Of a DNA stretch of 64,000 nucleotides, positions 40,188 through 54,135 are shown piece after piece; the first letter of the stretch is position 1; every line of letters starts with the position of its first letter. Made by a program: the position numbers and the translations under genes. This DNA is from Antedon mediterranea (lineage: Eukaryota > Animalia > Echinodermata). Below the pieces are notes generated by a model that was not told where the DNA came from, searched no databases, and saw only the letters and a program-made list of their open reading frames with translations. The stretch is taken from positions 8,696,422 through 8,760,421 of the forward strand of contig NC_092678.1 of the NCBI RefSeq assembly GCF_964355755.1, given 5' to 3'.

Positions 40188-43100
40188 TAGTATCCCTAAA
40201 TTAAGTCTAAAAAGGGCCAATCTGGGAAAAAATTAGAAACAAATGTTTCTCGACTGATTTGTGTCATTTGGGGTCTATATATCCACCAAAAAAAAGTTCC
40301 AGCTCATCTGACCTGGGGAAAGTCGCCATTTTGGATTTTTAAAATGGCCACCATAAATTACAGATTTTTGTTCATAACTCAGCTTATACATCATGTATGG
40401 ACATGATTTTGGTGGTAAAGTATATGTTTTTAGGGTCAAGGAATCCAAATACAGCATTTTGAAGTTCACTCAATGGCCGCCATTTTGTTTTTCAAAATGG
40501 CCGCCATAAAATACAGATTTTCTCATATCTCAGCTTCTACAAAATAAATGGATGTGATTTTGGTGGCAAAATGTATGTTTTGAGGGTCAATGAATTCAAA
40601 TAAATTAGTTCACTCTATGGTCACCATTTTGTTTTTCAAAATGGCTGCCATAAAATTTACAGAATTTTGTTCATATCTCAGCTTTTATCATCATATATGC
40701 TTTTTGTGACAAAAGAGATCCTATTTAAAGCAGCGTCTTATGTGGTGAATGGATGGTTACCAAATACACCGGAGACCAGCACTGGTCATCCTAACTGGTC
40801 TGGATTTATGCACAAGTACTGGATCAGTAGAGAAGTCGACAATAGAGTTTCTGCCGATCATTCTAAATGACCCAAATGATAATTCGACAGTGTATACTAC
40901 ACTCTGTAAATGTATATCTTATAGCTCTTCACATAATCAACCACTGTGGGTTGAAACAATACAGTTAAGAAAAGGCATGCCTGCCAGTTGTTGTCAGGCT
41001 TGGATGATTCAATCTTCTCAAGAGCATCCTGGGTTGTATTGTACATATAATGACTGGTTCGGGTTTGGAAGATGTGCTTTGCTTACTTTATGAACCAAAT
41101 ACTGTCACTTACATTTTAAAGGGAGCTGCATATTCAAAAGCTCTCAGCAGATTTTTTTTTTTAGCAGATTCAGCTGTTTTATCATACAATGATGACACAT
41201 GATGAAGATGTTTCGACTCCAGATATAGACACAGTAAATAAAACAATCGGGAAGATCAAACAGGTATCAAGAACATCTAAGTTGTGGGCTTTATATCACT
41301 AGATGGTATCACTTATTAGGCAATACTGTACCTAGCCGCTCTATCTTCAGACAGTATCATCTATGTTTTACATATTTGCAGCAGCTGATCATGGACAATA
41401 TGCCAAGAGTGGAATGTTATATCTACAGAAAATGCTTGAGGTGAAACACAAATTTCCACATACATATGATATGTTCCATAAGAATGTATATCACACAACG
41501 TGTTATAGTGATGACAAGTTTTCAGACATGACAATAGAAGAACCCTAATGCGAAAAGACAAATAAAGTGGCGGTCTCACACGTGGCAGACTTCGTCATAC
41601 GAAATCAGTAAAAGTGTGGGTTTCTAGCTTATCGCACTTAACGCATCTGGAAATGATGATGGATGAAAGGGTCGGTTAAAGAGAGACAAACGAAGTAACA
41701 AAGATTTCGGGAAAGTACTACAGAAAGACCATTTATAGTGGTAAGCGATCCTCTTGTGATAGCTTCACTCTCAACTGGATTGAATATAACCGACACAAAC
41801 CAGTTGTGAACAAGCTTGGAACATTGGCCAAGACATCCAAGAAAGCTTGGACGATGCCACTCACCTATGAAAGTAAAACTACTAAGTTCTCTTGAAAAGC
41901 ATGTAATAGTTGGAACAAAGAAGATTTCTGTCAAAAAAACGGTTCTCTTCAACAGACTTATTGTTCTCTCTGAAAGAGACGGAGACATCGAAACGGCATT
42001 TGGATATGAACTGACACCTGTTCCAAAAGCTTTGTTTAAGATGGACAAATTTATGAGAAAGCCAGAAAAATCAAAATTTGGTCGAATGCTGAAGGAGAAT
42101 GTTACCAACACCACCACAATAGATGCCGTATCTGTTCACATTGTTGATGGTGGTTGGTTCTTACACCAAGTACCATGGAATAAAGTGGTTACTTTTCTGA
42201 TGTTTTGATGTCCTACATAGGCCTCTTCCAGAGGAAATTTAATGGTGGTGTATAGTTGTTTGGGATGGATATCCTAGCAAACCAAAGGCTACGAGCATCA
42301 TCGAAAAACATTCCAGAAGAAAACAAGCAGTAATGTGAACATTACTCTAGATACCAAGGTTTAATCAGAACGAGAGGAAGCATCTTTCATAACATTACTC
42401 TCTCAGGAAATGGAAAGATGTGGTATTAAAACCATCCAAGCTGATGAAGATGCAGACACGGTAATGGTTAAAGAAGCTATATCTCAAACCAATTGTTCTG
42501 ATACAAATGCGGTCGTAGTTGCAGAAGATACAGATGTGTTAGTTCTTTTATGCTACCATTGTCCAACCAAAGCTCTTTTTTCAAATAAGTAGCTGAATCT
42601 TTAACATATCGTCTATTACTGGTTTAATCGCTGACCTTGATGAATTTCTTTTTAATTATGCATGGTCTGTATGTGACACTGTATCATCTATATGTGGATA
42701 CACTAAACCAGCTACATTTACAAGAAGAAATTCCCTCCTACTGTTGTATCGATTTTCACCAACCCGCTATCAAGCATCAAAAATGTTAGTAAATATGGTA
42801 TTAAGGCTACGTTGATTACATGGTCTGAATCCAGATATCTTGTCCAAGGCAAGACATGACTAATTTGTGCGACAGGCAGCAAAGGGTAAACTAAATCCAG
42901 ACAGACTACCACCAAAAATTGTTCAACTATAAAGCACTCTCATCAGCAAGTTATTACATGGAAGCTCTTGAATACAAATGCTATAAACCCGATGAAAGAG
43001 GCTGGAGGATTTATGACAATTATCTCCAATCATGACAGACGATGATATTGCACCTCAATCTTTACTGAAATCAATATGCTGTAACTGCAAAGGAGGAAAC

Positions 43101-44244
43101 CTATGCAGCACAAACAAATGCAGCTGTAGAAAGTACTCTATAGCATGTGTTGATGCGTGTGGTTATTGCAGTGGTCACTGCTCTAATGGTAAAGGAACAT
43201 ACGAGGAAAGTGATGACGATTGCTCGATAGCTGTATGTTTATTGTGGCCATTTTATTGTAGATATTCAAATTACATGGATTTTAATGCTATATGTTATGA
43301 ATCCACGGACTACATGACCATTTCCATTTTTAAAGATAAAAAATAGCAATTGTGCAAAAAAACATTTCAGAATAGTGTATTTGTATTTCGAAACCCAAAA
43401 ACTATATACTGTGCAATACAATATGGCGGCCATTTTGAACTCTAATATGGCAAGGTATAAGATTTTGAAAATGTTTATTCTGTAACCATAGACTTAGGCC
43501 TAGTCAACCAAATCAGATATGATGATAGAAGTTGAGATGTGGAAAATTCTGTAAATGCTATGGCAGCCATGTTGAAAAACAAAATGGCGGTCATTTAGTG
43601 AACTTAAAAATGATTTATTTGCATTCCTTGACCCTCAAAACATACACTTTGCCACCAAAATCACATCCATATTTTTTATTTTATTTATTCAATTTCTGCC
43701 ATATACATAAATAAAGAAGACAAAACAATTATAAAAGGAGGCACGGAAAGACCAAACAGGTGCTAAACACCTATGCTAGTTGGTCAACCCAGAACAGAGA
43801 AAAATAAATAAATTACGTTCTACAATAAAAGCATCGACAAGAAAGCGACCAACTACACACATTTTCAATATCAAAATTATTTAAAAAATAAAATATAATT
43901 TGTAGAAGCTGAGATATGAGAAAATCTGTATTTTATGGCGGCCATTTTGAAAAACAAAATGGCGGCCATTGAGTAATCTTCAAAATGCTGTATTTGGATT
44001 CCTTGACCCTAAAAACATATACTTTACCACCAAAATCATGTCCATACATGATGTAGAAGCTGAGTTATGAGGAAAAATATGTAATTTATGGCGGCCATTT
44101 TAAAAATCCAAAATGGCGACTTTCCCCAGGCCAGATGAACTGGAACTTGTTTTTGGTGGATATATAGACCCCAAATGACACAAATCAGTTGAGAAACACT
44201 TGTTTCTAATTTTTTCCCAGAGAAAGTGTAAAATGGGGATACTA
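40188..44244 (+). mobile_element. Academ (AcademX-type) DNA transposon with a decayed transposase
   Basis: TAA|TAGTATCCC ... GGGATACTA|TAA (TAG..CTA termini, 3-bp TSD) and long TIRs rich in AAAATGGCGGCC repeats. Internal fragments: FAAADHGQYAK, YELTPVPKALF, XPG/PIN-like VDGGWFLH, DEDADT and AEDTDVLVLL, and a Cys-rich CNCK..C..CSC..C..C..C. Confidence 0.85.
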
Positions 44245-45256
44245 TAAGGCCTGTCGTAGCCTGCCTCAACAATGAACAACGACAGGCAAACGTGTACGCG
44301 TTGCTTTACTATTCACAATAAACGAGATGGCATAACAGCCAGGCACGAAGCCAGAAGAGGTTCGAGGATTCGGAAGAAAATTGATTTTTAAAGTATAGAT
44401 TCATCATTTTTTCAGTTTGATTTAGAACGATGGAAACCATCATGACCCGTGGAGGGGTATACATCATACCACTCTCCCACAAGAGCGTATTTGCTGGGAT
44501 GCAAGTGATATACTTTCATCAATACGTACATGATAGGTCTAACAAGTAATTTTCGAAACCGAGATGTCACATGATTCTAAAATGTTACCAACTTAGCGTC
44601 AGGTCAAAGTTTTACTTTGGATTTGGCTTAAACATCAGCCACGGTAGGTCTATTGATATTGTTAGTGTAAAATGTACAATTTTCAGACTGATATGTTAAA
44701 TAGAAATTACTTTAACTAAAACGTATGTACAGTACATAGATAATGTATGCAGTATGGATCATAAAAAGAAAAGCGTGGATCATATGCAGTACTTTCTGTG
44801 TTACTAGATATACAATAAAATCAATACGAATAATTGAATTCAGTTTAATTTAAAATATACTATGTATGTTGTATGGCGTCATTTATTAATTTATTCTGAT
44901 TGTACTATAGTGCAATCTTTGTACTATGATATTTACTCTTTGTTTATTTAATTTCCGGATATAGATACTTACAGTATTTCTTAATTAAATTTCAGGATAT
45001 CAATCAACACACATTTATCGTCTTATATTAACTAATTTAAATTAATCCTGGTACTACACGTGACATATATATTAATTAACTCTCTTTAATATCTAACCGA
45101 CTCAGTACCTCATTTTTCTTTCAACCCTTTTGTTTACACATCTAACACCATTACTTTCAATATTGTGATTAAACACATTTGTTACATCTAAAACAATTCG
45201 CTGGCCAAGTGACTCTGTCGATTGTAGTACTCGATTAAAACATTTATCTGAAGAAC

Positions 45257-48200
45257 ATGTTTAGCAAAGGATGGATTCTGAGGTTACTAATTCTAGTTCT
45301 GGTTCAGTGCCTCGTCTGCTCATCTAAAAACGGTACGGTAGGTCTGATGGCTAATCTGATAATAGGTATTAGGCACCTTGTTACAACCTTTATAGAAAAA
45401 TGACCAACAGTAACATTGACTATACAGCTTACTATGTCGGTCGGTCGGTTGGTCGGTCAGTCGGTCAGTAGACACTAACTTGAGCACGCGACTGCAGCCA
45501 TGTATATGGCCTTGTTAAAATTATTTAGGTCTATTTGAATTTGAATTTGTATGCTATGTTCAGACCCGAACTAGTGGTCGTTCCTTGAAACCTGGAGACA
45601 AACCTAGAACATACTCTGACTTAGTTTCTGACTAAATAAATAAGCCTAGGAAATAGTAGCCCTAGCTATCGCAGATAATAAATTAAGTCTATTTGTCTGT
45701 TTTATATTATGGATCAAACCGTAACACACCTACAACTGTTCTAAATTCTTAATATCTGGCATATTTATTTGAATATCGAATGTCAAGCCAAGCCATGTGA
45801 AAAGTCGGCAAATTGGCACAGCAGGGTTGCACTTTCTTATGTTTTTATAGTTTATCTCAATCCAGGTAATTGGTTTGACTTTTTATTCTTTGATAATGTC
45901 CAAACAATACATAACTGAATATTGTTCTGAAAGGTATGAGCTAATAATAGGAACTTGCTTCTTCGTTCTTGCTTTTTCCACGGACTACAGTTATAAACGG
46001 CAGATTGTTTTTTGAAGGCTTGGGCTATTTATATGATATTTTATGCGTGGTATAGTATACATTCGTTCTGAAATGAAAAGTATGAATTTGCACTTTATTG
46101 CGTGATGCTCTTTCAATCAAACAATAGCGCCTAATTTACTGTTTCAACTACCATAATTTCAACATTTTTTTTATATTGTGTGCCAGCAAATGCAATACCT
46201 TAAACAAACCCAAGCGCCACATTAAACATAGGTTTTGTATTCGTTAAATGGGGAGAAAAGTTTTATTCTTTGAAAGCATGACAGTCAATCTTTCAACTAA
46301 TACAAATATTATTTTCATTCAACTCATACATATTGACTATTGTTTGTGTTTCCTCTACAGTTTCTCCAAATGTAACATGTCCGAATAATATTATTGCATA
46401 TTCTCGTTACACAAAACCTGTAACATGGGATCCACCAACAGTAACTGATGATGTTGATACTGATCTGGTTGCAACTTGTACGCCACCTTCTGGTTCATCG
46501 TTTAATTCTGGTTCTAGTCGTACTATAACATGTACTGCAACTGACAGTAGTGGTAATACTGATGAATGCACATTTACTGTAAGAATGGCAACATGTAGGT
46601 CTATTTGTTTAGAGTTTGTATGTTTGCAAATATTATTTACGTTATTTTATGTTTTTACGTTATTTTATTGTGACTTACAATATTATAAAAGAAAAAAAAG
46701 AAATACAGTTTAATCTTATTTGATATGAAGAAGCATTTCCACTCATACCATAGGCGGATCCAAATGGGAAAAAGAAGCATTTTTCAAATCCAATACAAAA
46801 TGCTGTAAGCGTATGTTGTATGTTACGGTTATAACGAATAAAGATACCTTACAGCCCTCTATGTCTATGTATGTGGCACTTCATTAAAAAGTATAGATAC
46901 AACTAAAATAATGTATTAATGATAGTAAATTACCACTATGTGAGTTGTTATTTAGTTTCTGAAAGCCCTGCTAATTTTTCGGCTGTTTTTAAAATTTTCG
47001 GTTTACTTTTATTTTGTTTCTCTATTGAGATCAAGCCACTGATACCCACAGCATTGCCATTTTTCAGTAATTTTCCGTTGGATTTAAATCTAATAATAAA
47101 TATTCTATTATCTATAAAATATTATCATCATAATACACTGTGTGTAATGTCGAACAGGCTATTATTATATTTCTAGATATAGGGATCGATGTACAACTCG
47201 ATCCATTCCTTGATTCATGTTTATTTTATTATACAGCTGAAGTTACAGTAGCATCTATAGCGAAACCGGCTTACCAGTCGACAACCTATACTTACAGTGG
47301 TGTAACATATGACGCTAATTTAGCTCTTGACGGTTCTATTAATACATGCTCACGTACTATTGGTAAGTGATGACACCTAAAATAGCAGATAAGTGATATT
47401 ACTACAAATAATCATAAATACAAATAATATACTTTTTCTTATAACTAGTTAGACTCTACACTGTTCAAAATCCAGATGCTGTTATACCAATTTTAGCCTA
47501 TTAAGACCATCTAGTATTTCCACACAAAAATGAAATTTATTATAATCATATTATTTAGTTTACAAATTGCTTACCAATGTTGTAGAATGGGCCTACACCC
47601 CTTGGGGTGTTGATTAAGAAAACAGTTACTAAAAGTAATATTATTTAAATTGATTTTCCTTGGTGTTGCCTAATGGAATTATTGTTTTGATTTTGTTTCT
47701 TACAGTTGAAAGCAACCCTTACTGGTATGTTGATTTAGGACTTATATACAGTGTTAACTATGTGGTTATACATCCTGCAGTCGGATATGAAGGTATACTG
47801 TATAGTCATTGTTCGTTTTATAAATATAAAATCTGGTATTTAGTTTAATTTATTGGTTGTATTCTTAAAATGTGATTGGTTAATTACCCATCAGGTTTCA
47901 TTCGGCATTACCTTTACCTAACGGAAAAGTGTAATGGTGAAAATCAACACGTTCTAATAATAAAAATATAAAAAATAATAAACATGGCTGCTAAGATAAG
48001 ATGAGTTGTATGTTTGTCAAATTTATAATTATCATTTTACTGTGTGCCAAATAACTTTTTTGATCCTATACTGATCATCATCAAAATCAGATAGTTATTA
48101 TTCTCTTTGGCAACCTCCCACAATTTATTCAAATTCGGAAAACTTTGCATAAATGAATAAATGTTCCTGAAAACTTGATCTGTGCACTGATGTCTAGAAA

Positions 48201-51200
48201 ACACAAGTAGTAAAAGTAGGTCTACAAAATTCAGATGTACAGTATCTGAAATTAGAGTTTTCTACACATCCTATGGATGAATATAATACTTTGTATTGAG
48301 CGATACTAAAATTATCTTCTTTTACCTGAAACATTTCAGAAACTCTTGTTGACACTGATGTCCATGCTTCTACTTCAACCAGTTCACTCTTTGATGGTAA
48401 TAACCTATGTGGATCTGCTTCTTTAGCACAGCTCTCTTCAAAGGGATATTACACAGTAGACTGCATTAATACATTGATTAATGGGCAATATGTATCTATA
48501 TCTAAAATGGGAAATAACGATATAATGTTGTGTAATGTGCAAGTTTACGTAGGTAAATATTATTCACTTGTTAGTCCTCATGATTAAGAACATCAGGTCG
48601 TCATTGACTGTTCAGTTTACATATGCAAAAATATATATGTGCTTCATAGTTTATTTAGTTATTTTCATTTTTAATATTAAAAAAAAAATGTAAACCTGTA
48701 ACCCAACATCCCTTATTGGGTACACTCCTAGGGCCAGGAGGATCCTGAACCATGGGTCGCTTATGTCCCTGATCGGATCACTGCACCTAATGTACAACAT
48801 CCGATTATTATTCAGAGTATGTATTGGTCTTGGATAATCCGATATGCTGTAGGCGGTCGCAAAAATCTAGAAACTAAAACACAGTTTTGTGAGGAGAGAA
48901 GTATTAGCACGTCCAATATTCCCCACATGCGCACAAATCGAAAACCTTCTGTTAACATGCAAGAACTCAGCTATGCAACTATGCAATACAGTAAACGTAA
49001 CCACGTGAATAAAGATGCGGTGCGGTTGTAGAAAATCTCAGGTTTGGCCTACTGGTGGCTGCAACTTACGTGGTTATTGATTGTTAATAATCACGTCTTT
49101 CCAAGATTCGTTTTGATAATGATTCTTTTTCCTCTTATAATTTTATTTGTTAATATTATTATATGTATTTATTGTTAGATATAACGAGATGTCGTAGTGA
49201 CCCATGCCAAAATGGAGGAACATGTATTGATTTTGTGAATCGATTTGAATGTAACTGTACATCAGGATGGGATGGAGAAACATGTGGCATTGGTTAGTGA
49301 GCATGTCTCTCAATTTCCATCAGTCATTTTCACCTTAATACTTAACCCTCCTTTCTTGTATTGCATTTCTGTTCATGTTATGGCAGATAGATCAGAATGG
49401 GATGGAGACGTACGTACAAATATGGCATTATTCTAAATTTCACTCTTTTATGCCAATAAATAACAATTGCACTTCTCCAATATCTTTTTAGTGAAACATT
49501 ATACTATGGCTGTGTGACGTGTACATTGTTTATATAAACATTAGACTATAAGAGAATTCCATGTATAGTAGCTTACAGTAAATAGAGGTATATTTTGGTT
49601 ATAAATTACACTGAACATTATACTAACACTTTGTTAAACCATGCGTTCCGTTCGACATTTATACTCTACCATTAGGGATTTAGAAAAAAACAGGTATGGA
49701 ATAAAAACAGGTATCTAGTCATTTATAATTCTCCATTCACTGTTATAAATATTAGACGCTGCAATATGTGGTAGTAACCCGTGCATGAATGCAGGTTCTT
49801 GTAGCAGTCAGCAGGATGAGTTCAATTGTACTTGCCTCTCTGGATTCTCTGGATCCTTTTGTGAAATAAGTAAGTACATTTTAAAGTAACACTAGTATTA
49901 TCATCTTATATCCGATAAATGAATGAATGATGCTTGATGAACAATTGACGAGAACCAACGAAAGAAAGAAGGAAAATAGACAAAACAAACAGTACATCTT
50001 TCATTTACACAGTAACATATAACTTGCTTATTACCTCTTTTTTATTTAAATACATTTAGATATTGATGAATGTGCAAGTAATCCATGTTATAATAATGGT
50101 ACCTGCATTGATGATGTCTATGATTATATATGTCAATGTTCAGGTGGCTGGACAGGTGTTAACTGTGACCAAGGTACCATACCATTATCATGTACTTATG
50201 TCTACAAGCTTAGATTAGATTCAATTTTGCCTAAAGTTTCTATCCTTTTAAAAGAACCGTTATACGTGGACTGTGTAGGTGATTCAAACAGAAACTAGAT
50301 GCTAAAAAAACATGTTAATAACATAACTTGATAATATTCAAAAACCCAATAGAGCGTAGATTTTATGAGATGACCCTCTAGCTAGTAGAATACTGTAATA
50401 CCAATCTAATACTTTTCTGAAGATTCTGAGAATCCAAATGTGATATGTCCTAGTGATATTGAACAAAGTTCAGATGTAGACCTGACAACAGTGACCTGGA
50501 GTGAACCCTCTGTCACTGACAATGTTGATACCGACCTGTCAGCCACTTGTAATCCACCTTCTGGTTCTCTGTTTGATATTGGTTCAACTGATGTATTTTG
50601 TTCTTCTATGGATACAGATGGTAATACCGGGATCTGTGCATTTACACTTACAATCAGTGGTAATGTTCTTTTTATTTAAATGGACTTGAACAAAAGATAA
50701 TACAGATTTGGTTCTTGTCAATAAATGTGTTGTTTAACGGTAGATGAGTTTTGGATGCATCCTAAGATGAGAAGGTTGTCAGCTTGTTACTGTTATTGTT
50801 TTACTAATCTGTGTGGTAGACGGTAGACCTACATTTAAACGAATTTCATAATTCCACGCCTTCCAATGGTATAATAAGATAATGTACGATTTAGTAAAAA
50901 AAAAACACCTTATATTAATGTCTTTCCATTAAAACCCGTCATTTAATTTTTAAGGTTCATCTGTACCCGGTTACAAGATTGTCGTAATAATGGTTATTGT
51001 CATCATTTTGGTGATGTTTGCTGCTTTTGTTATTTATCGGTATTGATTTTGTAATTTTTCTATACTAATATTACTAATAACCATTGTATGGCACTATTTG
51101 CAAAGAGCAAAGTGCTTAAATTTGCTGTTGTCATTTTAAATTAGACAATAGCTCATTAAACAACGATTTAAACACAACGCAAACTTTCCTCTACAAATGA

Positions 51201-52540
51201 GAAGTTGTCAACGATTAAGAAATACAGGCCTACACTTTACTGTTGTTGTTTTCTTACACTTTATTAAATTGTTATGCAAACTAAATGCTGCAAAATATAG
51301 TCTGATTAAAATATTTTTCTTTCTGAATAAATAAATAAATGTTGGCCTAGTACATTTCAGAACATACTACTTTATTTTACAGGCTACGTTCTCCTCCAAA
51401 GAGCAAAATGAAGGATAGTACCAAAGTGGTAAATGCCGTTGATAGAGACTATGAAATTCGCCTGCCAACCTCTGACTTTGCTGATGTTGCAGGGCACGCC
51501 GTGTCTGTTGCGGGGTCTATAGTACCTACAAGACCTACTGTGACAAAGCAAACATATTCTACAATTGAGCCTGAGTACATTGAGTTGATCATGTAATTAT
51601 TTATGCCATTCTGTATGATTAAATATCTTGTCAGGGGTTTTTTTTTCAAATGTATAATGTTCATGATGAGTAATATTGAAACACACTGGAAGAGCGCTGT
51701 GCTAATTTTTCATACAATGTAGACCGTAGAATTGTGGCTTTTTTAATTTGATTCATTTTGTAGTTCCCGCTTGTAACTATCATAGTGAGTCAAATGGCCG
51801 AACGGTTAATGCAGGGGCGCCGTTACCGTACCTAAAGAGCAAACAATACTCGACTCGCTCCTAGTTCTGATCTACAGTAAGGTGGAAAAAGTCTCCATGG
51901 ATAAAAACAATAAACCGTGGGTCAAGTGTACACAGTTATAACCCGTGTGCACTTCAAAGAACACCGTTTATCATTCGAGACAAGTAGAGGGTTCACAAAA
52001 TATCCTCTATCTGATAGGACTCCGCTGTGCACTTGTATTTTTCAAATGAGAAGATTAGTATTAGTGTAGTTTCAAAGATTACACTGTGTACTAATTGATT
52101 TATATACTGTACATTTAATAAATATGCAAAATTATGGTTTTACTGACATTGCTAAAAACAAGATTCGCTGCGTAGTTTAAAAATTGATGTAATTACAGAA
52201 TTTAATAATTCGATCATCTTTCAGGGCAAATTCCTCTCCAAAGAGCACAAAGAAAGATGGTACAAATGTGGTGAATACGGTTGATAGAGAATATGAAATC
52301 CATCTGCCAACCTCTGGTTATGTTACAGAACCCACTATGCTAGAAGGGCCCATTGTGCCAGCAGGGCCAAGTGTTGCAGCAGAGCATATTGTACCGACAA
52401 GGCAAAGTATGGCAGCAGATTATATTGTGTATGCAAGATCAGGTGTGGCAGGAGGGCCTAATGTGCTTGCAAGGCCCAATGTAAGCGACCACATCTATTC
52501 AACAATTGAGCAGCCAGAGTACATTGACGTTATCATGTAG
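45257..52540 (+). CDS. Type I membrane receptor: signal peptide - HYR - F-type lectin (FTP/F5-8C) - 3 EGF - HYR - TM - Tyr-motif tail
   Basis: Phase-consistent exons: 45257-45332 ([23 protein letters not shown]), 45851-45865, 46361-46594 (HYR), 47237-47362 + 47706-47792 + 48340-48552 ([31 protein letters not shown]), 49179-49292, 49756-49869, 50060-50173 (EGF), 50423-50659 (HYR), 50955-51039 (TM), then 51383-51596 or 52225-52540. Confidence 0.9.
45420..45516 (+). mobile_element. HINE-like microsatellite-bearing element
   Basis: ACTATGTCGGTCGG..CACGCGACTGCAGCCATGTATATGGCCTTGT; same family as 13785-13918. Confidence 0.55.
51383..51596 (+). CDS. Cytoplasmic tail exon A
   Basis: Phase-2 acceptor joins the TM exon; ends [13 protein letters not shown]. 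Confidence 0.8.
51787..52010 (+). mobile_element. tRNA-derived SINE with MetaSINE-like core
   Basis: A-box-like TGGCCGAACGGTTAA; core GTCTCCATGGATAAAAACAATAAACCGTGGGTC..GCACTTCAAAGAACAC resembles the Meta domain as recalled. Confidence 0.45.
52225..52540 (+). CDS. Cytoplasmic tail exon B (paralogous alternative terminal exon)
   Basis: Phase-2 acceptor, intact ORF homologous to exon A; ends [14 protein letters not shown]. Confidence 0.75.
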
Positions 52541-53474
52541 ATATTTCTGGCTCTCGACAACATTAGAGTGTACTGTCTATTGTCGTTATATATATTATCT
52601 GCATGTATGTTTTTTATATCTGGCATGTTGATGGTTGATAATACGCGGAAACAAGAACGCTATGCTTAGTTCCTCCTTTTGTAGTTGTATATTGTTGTTG
52701 TTCATCCACAATTTTGTTCATCCACAATTTAATTTATGATTCCTTTGCAGATTACTTTCCTCAGCAACACTCTACTAACTAAGAAAAATGAGCTTTATAT
52801 AACTCAATTAAGTCTATCAAGCGTTAATCTGCATTTTGTTCATTGACTTTACTTTATCGTTTTGATTTAGCTTTTCGTAATCAGATTTGAACATACCAAA
52901 ACGTCATCGGCAAAATATAGGCCTATGCATATACATATACACGGTTATTATAGGCTTACATCTGATAGTAAACTAAACCAATAACCAAGTCTGTATGTGA
53001 ACATTTAAATTCAAGCAGACAGTGCTTAACACACTCTTTCTTGTAGTTAATTGTTAATTTAAATATCAATGTCATCATTTACGTTAAACATTTTCATAAC
53101 GTAATTATTTCTTTATAAAGGGTTCGGTTTTTTTCCAAGTGTATTGAAACGATAAAGGTATAATAATCATGTTTCAACAAACTGGTATAGTTGCATTACC
53201 ATAGATAGTCTATATCATTTTATTTTGGCAATTGACTACTGAGGTATCTATATATAAATTTACGTAAGGGCAAAATTCGGTAAATTGCGCGTTATTTCTA
53301 GAATGTTTATTCGATGGTAAAAAAAGTTGGTTCTTACTTTCGCTACTGATTTTAACCACCTGATGTAACCCTGTTTACTAGTTAAATAGTTAGAGTTAGA
53401 TAATTAGTTATTGACAATTAACACAAATTTAGCTTCAACGATTTGCCCCAAATAGGAGTGTTTTCCGATCGTGG

Positions 53475-54135
53475 TGTCGCGGTTCGATTTTGTCCGCTAT
53501 ATTAGAATCGGTTGGTGGCGTGCGATGGAATGTAAACTTAATTTGCATACCATGAGTCTCTTCCGTTATAAGGCCTTTTGCGTTGTCGTGAGAAGACATT
53601 TTATTTTCAAAAAGTTATTATGTATTAAGTATAAGAAGTATTAAGTTATATATATCGATGTTACGATGATTCTTTGAACGTGTTATGCCATTATAATCGT
53701 CGATTATAATGGTTGGAAGGTGCTTAATGATGTACATGTACAAGTTAACATAGTTATTCGATTCAGGTATATTTAACGTTGATTTTAGTGTTAACTGTTA
53801 ATAATATTGTGTAATGAGATTGTGGTTTACCATAGTGTTGGTTAGTGTTAAGGTTCATCACAAGTATCAAATAACTATACGTTATAGCAATGTTCTAATA
53901 TTTATTAATTATACTTCCAGGGTTTTTTGTTCTTGTAAAAATAACGTGTATATATGCACATACGGAAGGAGATCAATACAGTTTTCTGTATTGTATTGTA
54001 TTGTATTGATCAACACAGTGTTTCTGAATAGTTTCTGCGCCAGTTATCCCTTCATAAAGGCGGGCCTCACACGATCAAATCTGCTTGGTTGAAGCTAGCC
54101 TCAATAGCGGATCATCCTCAAATCGAATCACGACG
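53475..54135. mobile_element. Solo LTR-like insertion (661 bp, 4-bp TSD)
   Basis: GTGG|TGTCGCGGTTCGATTT ... AAATCGAATCACGACG|GTGG; absent from the other Helitron copies. Confidence 0.6.

Noticed and set aside
43032-43346. Stand-alone metallothionein/tesmin-like Cys-rich gene
   Set aside because: It lies inside the Academ TIRs as the C-terminus of the decayed transposase.
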